Source of the DNA: Ginkgo biloba
Lineage: Eukaryota > Plantae > Ginkgophyta
Direction: 5' to 3'
NCBI GenBank assembly: GCA_024626585.2
Contig: JANKJI020000004.1
Span: 178,781,343-178,802,205, forward strand
DNA: 20,863 nucleotides
Under the pieces are notes generated by a model. The model did no database searches. It saw nothing but the letters and a program-made list of their open reading frames with translations, and was not told the origin of the DNA. Shown here one piece after another: positions 9,555 to 20,863 of the stretch (position 1 is its first letter; every line of letters starts with the position of its first letter). The position numbers and the translations under genes were made by a program.

Positions 9555-10190
9555 TTAGGAGTAGACTGGTTAGAATTATTTCGATCATTAAATTTTCCTC
9601 ACTATATGGGTTTAACATCCAATTTTAATGTTGAAAATATTATACCATTTAAGCCATAATTTTTGGATGAAGATAGAGATTATTTTCTTAAGCATATAGG
9701 TGGCATTCAACCAAATTATAAAAATCACTTAAGGAAGATAAAGTTTCAAGGTGGAACATTAGTACAACACAACTTAACATATGCTAGTTAAAATGTTAAC
9801 TTTTATGGTGTTAAATAGTTACCCACCATTATCAGTGAGGGATTACTTAACCTAAAATTCCAAGGTACAAGCCACAAAAAATGTTGTATAGGAAGTGCAA
9901 TAAATATTAAATATTATTACAGAGAACCTAACTATGGTATATAATAGAATAAATCATTATGTATACTAACACCATGAGGAAATGTTATTAAACATTTGAG
10001 GCATGGTTTTTATTTTCTTACAACCCTACAAATAGGTATCACTAAAATCCAAAGGGAAATAGAAGCCACCCCTTGATTTTATAGATAATACAAAGTAAGA
10101 GAAAAAGTAGATGAAGTAGCTTGCTTATTGGATTAACTAAATAAGGGTGAAATCCATGATGCATTTTATGTCTCCTATGTGAGGGCATGT
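9555..10190 (+). pseudogene. Degenerate Ty3/gypsy pol: protease C-terminus followed by integrase C-terminus (GPY/F region)
   Basis: LGVDWLE at 9555; VEH*YNTT*HMLVKMLTFMVLNSYPPLSVRDYLT*NSKVQA from 9751; GMVFIFLQPYK*VSLKSKGK*K...FYR*YKVREKVDEVACLLD*LNKGEIHDAFYVS (cf. VFLRLQPYKQ...FYGPYKV...VAYKLxLP...IHxVFHVS). Confidence 0.88.
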
Positions 10191-10701
10191 TATGATCCTA
10201 ATCCATAAAATTTACCTATGGGATAAGAATACCCCAAAGCTTATCTATAATAGTATAAAGAACCTAAATATAACCTTTCAGGTCTACNNNNNNNNNNNNN
10301 NNNNNNNNCAAGTTCAAGATATAAATTAATTAGGATCACTTGGCCTAAACTTTACAGTCTCAACTCACCTTAGTGTAAGATAGTACAAGTAACAATAGTT
10401 TGAGTTATTAAAAATATCTAATTTCATCTCATTTAATTAAAAATTGTATTCTCATTTTTAAAGTCAATTTCTATATAGAATTGGCACACTTCATCTCATC
10501 TCAAATCTATGATCTTGACTAATTTTTTACTCTTAATCTATTTTGAATATTTTTTACTAGCAAGGTTACTTATTTATCAACTTTGTGCTATTATTGTACA
10601 TNNNNNNNNNNNNNNNNNNNNNNNNNNNNNNNNNNNNNNNNNNNNNNNNNNNNNNNNNNNNNNNNNNNNNNNNNNNNNNNNNNNNNNNNNNNNNNNNNNN
10701 N

Positions 10702-11390
10702 CCCCCTTGGATTTGATCAAATCGTTTCCACTGCATATTGACATCAAATCCTCCAATACCAAGCATGTACATCAATAATAACATATTTCATAACCCAAAT
10801 CTATGTTAACCATGTTGTTATTGTTGCTAAGAAACAACAACTGAGAAAAGAAGTCATTAAATATGTGATCCTCAATGATGTTTTGTATCGATGATCGTAT
10901 GATGAAAAAATTGTAGCTAAATAAGAAGCTAAAAAAATTTGTAAGAATGCCATAATGGTGTGTGTGGAGGGCAATTTGTTTACCACAATCCCACTCAAAA
11001 GATCCAATGAACAAGGTACTACTAGCTCATTCTCTTTTTTTACATCCATAAGTATTTCAAATGTCAACAATTCTCTCATCAAAATGTGTAACATCTTATT
11101 GGATTGAAACATATCATTCCTTCTAGGCCCTTAGTTGAATGGGATTAGACTTTATTAGTCATTTTAACCTTAGGTTAAATAATGGACATCACTACATTAT
11201 TATTAGTACTAACTATCCTACAAACGAGGTAGAAGTGACACATGTACTGAAGTCTATTGGATACACCACACTTATATTCTTATCCAATAATAATCCACTT
11301 AAAGTTATTATGCATGTGTGTTTCCTAACTATACTATACATTTGAGCATTATAAAATTGACTCATAGCTACTTCCTTGACTCTCGTGATA
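10702..11390 (+). pseudogene. Degenerate Tat/Ogre-type (non-chromoviral) Ty3/gypsy integrase: HHCC zinc finger and start of rve core
   Basis: KYVILNDVLYR*SYD...ECHNGVCGGQF...QKIQ*TRYY*...KCQQFS...IIPSRPLVEW/GLDFISHF...GHHYIIISTNYPTNEVE (cf. HxGxCGGHF...GYYWP...CQ...WGLDFIG...GHxYIxxATDYFTKWVE); frameshifts and stops. Confidence 0.88.
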
Positions 11391-11609
11391 GTTGTTGCCT
11401 CTACTTCACTCTAGGGTTGGCACTAGGTGTTCCTCCTTATGACATACCATTGGAATACATTTAAACTTAGCAATCAAAATATGGGTATAATGAGTATATA
11501 TGCCTCAAATAGTGTCTCCTCTCAAATATGTGTCACCATGAATTACATTAGGTCTAGTGGAAACTCAACTCCATAAGAATTATAATTATTTTTTTTTTTT
11601 TTTTTCTAA

Positions 11610-12620
11610 TAAACAAATGGGAAGGGATAGATTTTAGGCTCTCCTAGAATGTTCTCGCTACTCTATAAATGGGATATTGGATATTATAGAGGTTTCTCTC
11701 ATAGTTCATTAAACATTCACTCTTTTAGATCATTCCCCCATTTCAACTTTAGCTTTTATTACATAATTAGGTGCAACCAATAAAATCCCTTTTCAAAGTC
11801 TTAACATTTTTCATTTCAATGATCAAGAATGCCAAGTATGAACTTAATTATCTATTATAATATTTTTTTAGGGATATGTTATCTAGTGGGAAGTAACAAT
11901 TACCTAAATGATCAATTAGTTAAAATACTTTGGCAAGAAAAATATATCTCAATGAAAAACTAACTATAATATTCTCCCCAAACAATTAGATTGACTTTAA
12001 AATCTTCTTTGCAAATACCCTTTGAATAAGGATTTTCACTTGTAGTAAAGTTTATAATATCAAGAACTAAGGCACTTTGAAGTTTTTAAAGTTAAAGGTA
12101 TATAAATCTCAACTTGATCATATTGGATAAAAAATAANNNNNNNNNNNNNNNAAAAAATAAGGGCATCTCCTCTAAATTTTCATTTTTGACATTTAAGAA
12201 AAGGAGAGAATTGGTCATGCTTAGGATTAAAAATATGTTGATAAAAATGGATTCACTAATCTAATTGAGATTTAAGGTATAATTACCAACCACTTTGTTG
12301 AGATATTTATAAGCTAGGATTCAATGGAAGAAGTACAAGTTATGCTTGATACTTTTTTAGACATTGTTCTTGCCAAAATTCAACCTCACAAAACTAAATT
12401 GCTTGACCTTCCTTTATTTTTTTTCACAGTCACAGAAGTTATTTTTTCTATGATAGATAGAAAACCCCCTAAGGATGATGTATTGATAATAGAATTTTAT
12501 AATGAATGTTGGACATTGTGGAGGAGGAACTACTTAAAATTTGGGGTGAAGCTCTAAGATATACTACGATAGGAAGAAAAAGTCAATTTAAGAATAAATA
12601 AAATTATATTGTAACAAAGA
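11610..12620 (+). pseudogene. Degenerate L1-clade LINE ORF2 fragment (endonuclease end to start of RT); includes ORF 12324..12557
   Basis: LDHSPI at 11725 (SDHxPI), KIPFQ, KGI*IST*SYWIK (cf. GAxIRSRxxWI) and VIFSMIDRKPPKDDVLIIEFYNECW (cf. AIxSMxxxKSPGxDGLxxEFYxxxW). Confidence 0.85.
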
Positions 12621-12965
12621 ATCAATATAACACTACTAGAATCCTAAAGGCCTCTCAAACTTCTTAATATATTATGTAACAACCTATTTAAAGTTTTATA
12701 TTTAAGGATTCAATCTTCTCTTTAAAATATTATTAAATAGTAATAGAGTGAACTTATCAAAGGAACATATATCTTAAACAATATGATGTTATTTTGATTA
12801 TGATAATATGGAAGATTAATGAGGATATTATGATTGTCTAGTTAAATATATTTTATAAATAATCTAATTATTCTACTTCTCTTAGGAAATATTTTAGATA
12901 GATAAACCTAGGTGAATGGATTGGCATTGGAGTCCTAACATGCCTTTTCTTTATTTCATAGTTAA

Positions 12966-13032
12966 TGTAATAAACACAACCCATAACTCTTTCTATATTC
13001 TCACGACTACTTCCACTTAATTCTTATAACAC
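12966..13032 (+). mobile_element. LTR 5' terminus (TGTAATAAAC...), cut by gap
   Basis: 58/67 identical by hand alignment to the reverse complement of 19397-19463; similarity starts exactly at TG. Confidence 0.8.
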
Positions 13033-13132
13033 NNNNNNNNNNNNNNNNNNNNNNNNNNNNNNNNNNNNNNNNNNNNNNNNNNNNNNNNNNNNNNNNNNNN
13101 NNNNNNNNNNNNNNNNNNNNNNNNNNNNNNNN

Positions 13133-13776
13133 TGTCATAAATATTCCACCATAGCTCTTAGTCCTATCCTTTATCAAGTGTCTTTGATGATCTAAGTTAA
13201 GGAAGTGTTTCTAGGGAGAGTGTTGCACCCTTCTCAAAACTTATGACTTTCTAGTACCCACAAGAGCTTCCTAATTGGGTTTAGGAAGAAAATTCCTTCT
13301 AGGAAAATCATAACTTCTTGGTGATCCTTCACCTTTTATTCTTCATTATCCTTCTTGGCTGGCTGAAAATGAGGTGTCAACAATACTTTTCAACTTCATT
13401 AAACAAAACATGGAAATTTGCTTGTGTTCCTTTGCGATCGTGTGTTGACATATTTGTCTCAATAATTTGTTTTCTTGGTAGTTCAACTTCTTTTTGCTTT
13501 CTTTGTAACTTCTAGATTCTTGGGTGACTTATGATATAAGGCTTATCCCTTGTCTTGGTCTCCTACACATACTTTGTTCCACACTTCTTTCTTACAAAAA
13601 AATTCTCAATAGATGTTGTCGAGTCCTCTTTTACTTATTTCACGTACTCTTTCAAAGCAAGGTCTCCTACTCTATTTCTCCATCATTTGACAAATCTTTT
13701 CCTTTTACTCATTGATAGTTTGTTGTTGCTCCATAATAGTTTGCCGTAATTCTTCCACACTCCTTATGGATGTCAT
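13133..13776 (-). pseudogene. Degenerate ORF, possibly a retrotransposon gag N-terminal region
   Basis: MTSIRSVEELRQTIMEQQQTINE*KEKICQMMEK coiled-coil-like start, purine-rich strand, many stops; no diagnostic motif. Confidence 0.35.
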
Positions 13777-15287
13777 TTTTATGGAAAAGTGTCAACTGCA
13801 ACATCTATTTAATACTCTTGTTACAGTCTCCCTAACAACTATATTATGGGACCTGTGTTATGCTCAACAAATAGAAAATCAATAAGACAANNNNNNNNNN
13901 GTCATCCTACTCTTGGATTGATTCACTTATTGCTCAAGATCCTAGTGATTGAACAAGATCGGAAGGGGGCATATGTGCTAGATGATTGCTAGCATCTAGA
14001 TGCGAACACCACTAATTAATAAAGCTCATTGGTGACTCTCTCATATCATCTATGCGGTATCCCACCTCCTACACATAAGGTCCCTTCTAGCAACACTATA
14101 TAGGATTCGCCTTTGTTAGCATTATACCAGATCCAACGAGGATAGTGTAACGTCTTAAGGGATTCACTTAAGCTGCTTGTGGTTATAGAAACATATGTCA
14201 TAGGGAGCCTTGGGAATCGATCCTCAACATAGAGCACCCAACTCTATAATTCCATCATAGCTAAATACCTAAAGATCAGTTAGGTATTTTAATAAGCTTA
14301 ACGTTAAGGCATCCAACCACTATGCAATATATGCATTTAGTCAAATCCAAAACACCATATCGAATGGAGTAGTTTATATCTATACAACATAATGTACTTG
14401 TAGCATAATGGCATCATAAGAGACCTAAAAATGATCTTAAGGTATTATGAAGGCTTATTAGTAGGGTTTCCCATCATTACTTTGATGGATTAACAAGTTT
14501 GGTGTCCTTTTAGACTCTTCAACCTGACACTAGGGTTGCCAAATAAGTCAATATTCAAATAACTACCTTTGCTTTCAAGCACATTGCCTTCAACAGGCCC
14601 AATCTATTGTACTTTNNNNNNNNNNNNNNNNNNNNNNNNNNNNNNNNNNNNNNNNNNNNNNNNNNNNNNNNNNNNNNNNNNNNNNNNNNNNNNNNNNNNN
14701 NNNNNNNNNNNNNNNCACCTGTTAACCTTGGTTAGGAAATGTATAGAGGTTATACACTATTTATGTATACTTGTGCAACCATATAAATATATTTTCATGG
14801 GATTATAATTTTCCTTCCATAATTCCTTTATGTTATTTAATTGAATGTAAATCTATAAGAATGGTTTTTTGTTTGCTACTATAGATTCATCAACCCTCAT
14901 CCTTTTTTGAGTCAGTTGGTCTCTCTCACTCAAGTGGCCATTATCACCCATTGGATGGGATCAAATAAACTATTTTTTTCCCTTCTTTTGGCCTTAGAGA
15001 AATGTCCTATGACAAAAATGAAGACTTTGCTCTTGTAGAGCTTCCAAATTACCATATCAAGTAGAACTATGCTTCCTTCTTCAATTCCTCAATGTACCTA
15101 TACCATTTAAGTCACTTGTTTGAAGAGAGAGAAGTAGGATGCAAACACGTAGTCGTTTTTCTTAGTCTATTGGATGAAGTGAGTGACTTTGCCCTATTTT
15201 ACATTTTTGGTCATTGTGTAGGCCATTCAAGCCAATTTTCTATGTTGATGTTGGTCTTAGATTAGGCCTTTAAGCCCTAGGGTGCCT

Positions 15288-15480
15288 TGGAAATCATCTA
15301 ACTCCTTTGAAAGTCATGAGTTGCACCAAATACTCTTCTTCCTGCTTGGCAAATGAATATTTTAATTGCTTAGCATAGAATTCATTGTCTTTGAAATTCA
15401 AACATATATAATTTGTCGAATTAAAATGAGAATAAAAATAGAGTGGATGCACATGAATAAAATATCATTTCCAAATAATG
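15288..15480 (-). pseudogene. Degenerate Ty3/gypsy reverse transcriptase fragment
   Basis: FKDNEFYAKQLKYSFAKQEEEYLVQLMTFKGVR*FP (15395-15288; cf. LxxNxFYAKxSKCxFxxxEVEYLGHIISxxGVxVDP); upstream LFGNDILF may be the decayed FFDDIL motif. Confidence 0.72.
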
Positions 15481-16099
15481 TGAAGCCAAATCCCCATCAA
15501 GCAATCCTTTAAGTCTTTGAAACTACCACCATTGCTTCAAATCACTCCAAATTCAAGATACAAAAATGGAAAGTAATATAATGGTGAAGGAATTTTTGAT
15601 GATATGTAATTTATAAAACATCATAGAGCCTATAGATTGTATAATCAAAAGGATAATAATCTAGAAGTTTTACAATATAATTGATCCTCACTCCAACTAT
15701 ATAAATTTTCTAATACAAAAGGATTCTATCTCAAAATAAAATTTGGCATCATATTAATATATAAAAAATCCTCCCCCATCCTTCAAATCTCTCTGCATTT
15801 ATAGAAANNNNNNNNNNNNNNNNNNNNNNNNNNNNNNNNNNNNNNNNNNNNNNNNNNNNNNNNNNNNNNNNNNNNNNNNNNNNNNNNNNNNNNNNNNNNN
15901 NNNNNNNTACATGTTTACATCATTTTATTATTATTTTATTTTAAATATATTAATCCTTACCTATGACAGATAGTTACCTCATATAAAATTTTAAATGCAT
16001 TTAATATATTTAATATTAATTGCATATAATATAAATATGATCTAAGATCTCATTGATAGATTTTTTAAATTAAATCTATACTCCATATACTAGAATACC

Positions 16100-16520
16100 C
16101 ATGTTTAATCGATTAGTCATCACCCCCAAAAAAAAATTGAAAATAAGTGAGATGAGTGAGTTGAGAGTTAAAAAAAAATAAGTACAGTAAGTGAGAGAGG
16201 GTAAATGCAACTATTTAAGAGAAATATTAATGATTTTAAAATTATCTACGATGACTCTAGACATGAAAGAATGGAAGCCTTCATTTATTACAAAAATAAC
16301 CTTCTCGAATGTTGGGTTTTGGAAGACTATGGAAATCAATGTTTTTATGGAAGAATTTGGGCTTTAGAAGGCTCTCGAGATCTATATCTATATATGGCAT
16401 TTCTAGAAAACATCTGATGGGATACTCACACTTTGTCTAGAATGTCATTATCTCCCTCGATGGCTAGTTGACACTCTCTAGCTCTTAGGATGATAAAACT
16501 TTGACTCTGGGATCTTAACA
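16100..16520 (-). mobile_element. LTR-like fragment starting TGTTAAGATCCCAG
   Basis: TG terminus at 16520, a TATA-like CTTAAATAG followed by a CT-rich tract on the minus strand; distal end not found. Confidence 0.4.
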
Positions 16521-16662
16521 CTAGCCTCACCACACCAAGGATATTCTGAGTATCACCTTCTCTATTGATAACTGTCAGATCATTTTGGATTCACAATATA
16601 TAACCATTAAAATATGGAACACTCTTAACAAGTGAAAATACATCATCTAGGTGAAGAAAAAT

Positions 16663-17125
16663 TGATAAAACGATACAAGAGAAGCAACGCTAATAGAATC
16701 TTAAAATAATGCCAAAAGGAAATAATAAGAGCACATCCACAAGAATACACAAGAGATTTACCCTGATAAACCCTTTTGGGAGAAAACCCAATAAAAATAG
16801 CACTTTATTATAGATCAGAATAAGATCTCCAAAGACCCTCACTTCATCATAGTATCATCATATTTTTCACCTTCACTAGATATACAAGTATATATAGACA
16901 CACCAATATAAGAAATCACCAAGCGGTAATACATAATTGTCAGCTCAAAACCATGGACCCCTATAAAGGCCCACAAAAATTATCGTAGGGGATCATGCTC
17001 CCACACACCTACACCCCCACCTAGGGGGCCTACCCTAGCCCCCCAGACCCCCCTATTGTGGTAGGGTATACAGTCCTTAGGAGTGTAACATCTGCCTTGG
17101 TATAAAACATGAAAAGTATACAACA
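16663..17125 (-). mobile_element. Probable Ty1/copia-type solo LTR (approximate bounds)
   Basis: Minus-strand TGGGTTTTCTCCCAAAAGGGTTTATCAGGGTAAATCTCTTGTGT resembles the plant copia U5 motif; CTATATATA box; candidate TGTTG...ATCA ends. No TSD confirmed and no PBS. Confidence 0.5.
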
Positions 17126-18015
17126 CATATCCAATAACTCTAATAATGTTCGAAGAAATCCTCTCAATATACCAAAATAAGAAATAAACTTTAAAACTCT
17201 TTAAATCAATTCCTCAGGATTTAGACAAAGGAAAAAGAAGGAACATAAAACCAGTATGTTTCAATCTTGTAGTTTAGGAACAATTCTAAGAAATGTCCCA
17301 ACAACGCTTGACATGAATATTTAAAATAAAACCTAACATTCACCATAATATTTTTCACTAATAACACTCAATGCTTCCAGGTAAAATTTAATTCATAAAT
17401 CATAACATAATACAACCAACTATGCTCAATGACATTAATGTAGAAAAAAATGAACACATAGATATTTCATACAAAAAATATTTAGATTACAAGTATATGA
17501 TCTTGATCATTACACAGAAAGATTGAACTCTTAGATCGAAAAGGTCATAGAGTATTCTATACAAGTAACAAAGATAAAGCCACTCAAGTATAAATAAGAT
17601 CCAAACATAAGTAATGGAATAGTAATCTATAAGATGATGACACTAGTATCATAAGAACAACATAAGAAGAAGCAAAATAAAAGACACAAGATAGGAATTT
17701 CCTCATCACGCATAAGAAGTGATTAGAATTCATAGAAACTATTTTTATTTTCTTTTNNNNNNNNNNNNNNNNNNNNNNNNNNNNNNNNNNNNNNNNNNNN
17801 NNNNNNNNNNNNNNNNNNNNNNNNNNNNNNNNNNNNNNNNNNNNNNNNNNNNNNNNCCCTTAACCATATTTCAGGGACTAAAGAAGCTCTGCCAACACCC
17901 TAGAATATCTATCGAGGATTATAATGGAAAAATGTAGACTTTGCTCTCAAGTCTCACTATAGAGATATGCCAACAATAACAATAACACCAACAATAATGG
18001 TGGAAATCAACAACC

Positions 18016-18039
18016 ATATATATATATATATATATATAT
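18016..18039. repeat. (AT)12 microsatellite
   Basis: Direct read; an (ATCC)4 run follows at 18057-18072. Confidence 0.95.
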
Positions 18040-19302
18040 GTAAATTGGAAGTGTACATCCATCCATCCATCCCTAAACTTTATTAAATAAAATTTTGAAT
18101 TATGTTCTATACATATGTGTGTGTGTTTTGATCCATATATCCATCGATCCACCTTTTCATAATAAAATATAATTCATCAAATTGTTATAATCAAATATAT
18201 ATTAAGCAAATATTTATCTACAACATTGGGTTTTTTGGTCATCCGACGAAATGCATCATGACAAATATATAGATAATCAAATTGAAAAGGTACGAGTTAT
18301 TGAGATGTAATTTTACTTCTTTTATCTTTGAAATTCTTCTATTATGCTTTTTTGTTTTATCATTGTGTTGCTCCTTGTCTTCGGTATCGATCATAGAAGC
18401 CTTGATATCATCATTATTTTTTTCTTACATATCACCTTTACTCTTCTATCTGTGCTCTTACATATCTCTTTGATGTTTGTAGATTTTATTTGTGCATGGT
18501 TGATTTTAAGCATTGTAGATGGAAAAAATATTATTGGACATTTAGCTTCATAGCTTCCCCATGTGTTCAAGTTCTAGTAATGCATGAGTATGGGAGGAGG
18601 TGGTTGAATTTATTATTTGAGTATTTTTGTTATAATTTATTGGAAGTATTGATGTTTCTTTATTAGTGGATCATGTATTTGCTTAGTGAAGGATTGTTGG
18701 GCCAGTAGATTTTGAATGACTACAGGTCTAGAATNNNNNNNNNNNNNNNNNNNNNNNNNNNNNNNNNNNNNNNNNNNNNNNNNNNNNNNNNNNNNNNNNN
18801 NNNNNNNAGTGTCATTTTTATTTTGGATCATAAGATGTTCTACATGTAAATTTGTAGGCCTCTCAATTATACCATGGCATCGTGGAAGAGATCAAACATG
18901 AATTGGAAATAGAAACCATGATGCCTTGCCTTATATCTAACACAAATAATAAGTTTGGTGGGAAAGATATACATACAATAAGATGTGGGAAAATTGAAGT
19001 GATTAAGGGATGTACTCTTCCTACATTTCCAATAAAATTGATGATGAAGTAGTTTTGATGTGTAATAGATTCAAACTCCTAATCTCTAATGAAAACATTG
19101 CATTCTCTTACCAAGTTAAGAACTAGTGGACAACCATCAACTGTAAAAAGAGATTCATGATTATTCCCTTTGCCATTATGATAATAAATATATAATATAT
19201 TANNNNNNNNNNNNNNNNNNNNNNNNNNNNNNNNNNNNNNNNNNNNNNNNNNNNNNNNNNNNNNNNNNNNNNNNNNNNNNNNNNNNNNNNNNNNNNNNNN
19301 NN

Positions 19303-19463
19303 ATGAGAATACTTATAGTAGAGATTCTAAGAAGAAGTAGGTCACATGTAAGACATGTGTATTACATGTGTGTGCATGTAAGAGAGAAGAAGATAATTAT
19401 TAGAAGCGTTAAGAGGAAGTAGTCATGAGAATATAGAAAGAGATATGGGTTGGGTTTATTACA
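19303..19463 (-). mobile_element. LTR 5' terminus inserted into the protease of the adjacent gypsy element
   Basis: Minus strand TGTAATAAACCCAACCC...; matches 12966-13032 and, more distantly, 4560-4722; protease similarity stops at this TG. Confidence 0.8.
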
Positions 19464-20711
19464 TATAACCCGAGTCCTTTAACTTGTTCGATATCAATAT
19501 AGTTATGCATACTTCCTAAATCGGCCAAGATTAATAATTTTCCTTTTCAGATAAATCGATGAACTTTAAATATGTCTAGCCAAGGTATTCTTGCCATTGT
19601 TGATAGTAATATTTTGTATATTTTAACTTGGATTGGCAATCCTTGAAACAATTTTTCAGTGGACATTTCATTAATATTTTATGGTTCATGAAAGTCATCA
19701 CAAGCGGAGTATCTTCATTAGGTTCAACATGGAATAGTTTTGTAGTTGGTTTGCAAAGATCTCCTTTTTTCCATGGTTCGTTGCATTTTCTACAAGGATA
19801 GTTTTTTCTTATGCCAGTTGGACTTGTTTTGGTGAGCTCATGTCTTAGGTCATCCTATTGCAATTTGGGTAATGGTTGATGATTGAAGGGTTAGCTTGTG
19901 TTGTATTGAAAATGTCCCTGAGCATTAAATTTCTCAAACATCACTTTATTGCATTACTATTTTTTTCTTACAAACAATATTGCTTCATGTAATGATTGGA
20001 TTTTATGTTTGTGAAGCTCATTCTTAATTTCTAGAGCCAAGTTACAAATATAAACATTGGGGATAATTTTTTCTGTCATTCTTGATTTTGCATAAAGAAC
20101 TTCAAATTTTTTCGTGAATTCTTCTATTGATAGATTTTATTTTTTAGAGAAGACGAGCTAGCTGAAAAGGATAAGGGTCATCTAAACTTTGGTCGACACC
20201 TTCGTAGAAGTCTTGAACAAAGTTTGAGAATATTATTCATGTTTGCACGTGTTCTTTATACCACTTGGTGCTCAAAGTCAGGGCATGCCCCTCCATGTTG
20301 ACACGAACAAAACATGCATGGTCAAGATTGGTCTTTGTATTGGTAGTTAGGAAGGCAGTGTATAGTTTGTAAATAAATTCCTCTGCNNNNNNNNNNNNNN
20401 NNNNNNNNNNNNNNNNNNNNNNNNNNNNNNNNNNNNNNNNNNNNNNNNNNNNNNNNNNNGCATCAATGAGTTCTTTGGGGGAGTTTGTTGCTGGTGAGGT
20501 GGTATTTCTTACTGAGCTAGGGGGAAATTTTGGCCTACTAGTTGGGCCATTTGTTTGGATATTGTGGCTAAGTTTTTTTCCAAGTTATCCATTCTATTAT
20601 TCAGCCTAGTTGTTTCATCTAACTTGAGGTGCAATTATGACAGAATTTTACTTAGTCTAAACATGATTCTATATGTTGTATATTCTGGTTTAGTTCAGCA
20701 TTAATTGGCAT
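19464..20711 (-). pseudogene. Degenerate Ty3/gypsy (chromovirus-like) gag and aspartic protease
   Basis: ATG at 20711 with coiled-coil N-terminus (RLNNRMDNLEKNLATISKQMAQL); retrotrans_gag-like SIEEFTKKFEVL...LALEIKNELHKHKIQSLHEAI; knuckle CRKCNEPWKKGDLC; protease LLILADLGSMHNYID (cf. ILIDSGSTHNFID); several stops and frameshifts. Confidence 0.9.
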
Positions 20712-20863
20712 GCTTGTTTACGATCGAATCTACTAATTTCCTAAAGGATTTTTCCTTGTAACTTAGTGAACGTAATTTAAACTTTAGAAAACTCATTTTT
20801 ATCCAAAAATGAATCTCCCAAAGGATATTCTTAAGAATATTCCTAAAGAATACTCTAATTTAA

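Larger units (their letters stand above)
1046..19302. other. Assembly spacers: twelve gaps of exactly 100 N
   Basis: Start at 1046, 2385, 4128, 5480, 7532, 9454, 10602, 13033, 14616, 15808, 17757 and 19203. Shorter sized gaps (10-73 N) lie inside the pieces. Confidence 0.95.

Noticed and set aside
10772-11112. Minus-strand ORFs of 80 and 103 aa
   Set aside because: Antisense shadows of the plus-strand integrase remnant
13318-13749. Hydrophobic plus-strand ORFs
   Set aside because: Antisense of a purine-rich decayed ORF; hydrophobicity reflects T-richness
914-18901. ORF-track entries containing X runs
   Set aside because: Open only because N gaps lack stop codons; they join unrelated pieces
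1-20863. A novel multi-gene biological system
   Set aside because: Only one partial host gene plus known TE classes, on pieces of unverified adjacency

Overview
AT-rich, CpG-depleted land-plant genomic DNA (gymnosperm-like repeats; the taxon is an inference). It consists of 13 short pieces of about 1-2.3 kb joined by exactly 100-N spacers, so adjacency across those spacers is unreliable. One host gene is visible and was missed by the ORF track: the first three exons of a clade I SWEET (SWEET1-like, MtN3/saliva) sugar transporter at 3794-4127 (+), cut by a gap. Its CpG-retaining upstream region carries a 61-bp tandem duplication containing RY motifs. Most of the rest is decayed retroelement sequence: chromovirus-type Ty3/gypsy gag, protease, RT and integrase fragments, a Tat/Ogre-type integrase, an L1-clade LINE ORF2 fragment and several LTR ends, including one LTR family seen three times and once inserted into a protease gene. 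I see no support for a new multi-gene system. The best leads are the SWEET promoter architecture and the nested or internally deleted retroelements. All translations and counts were done by hand.
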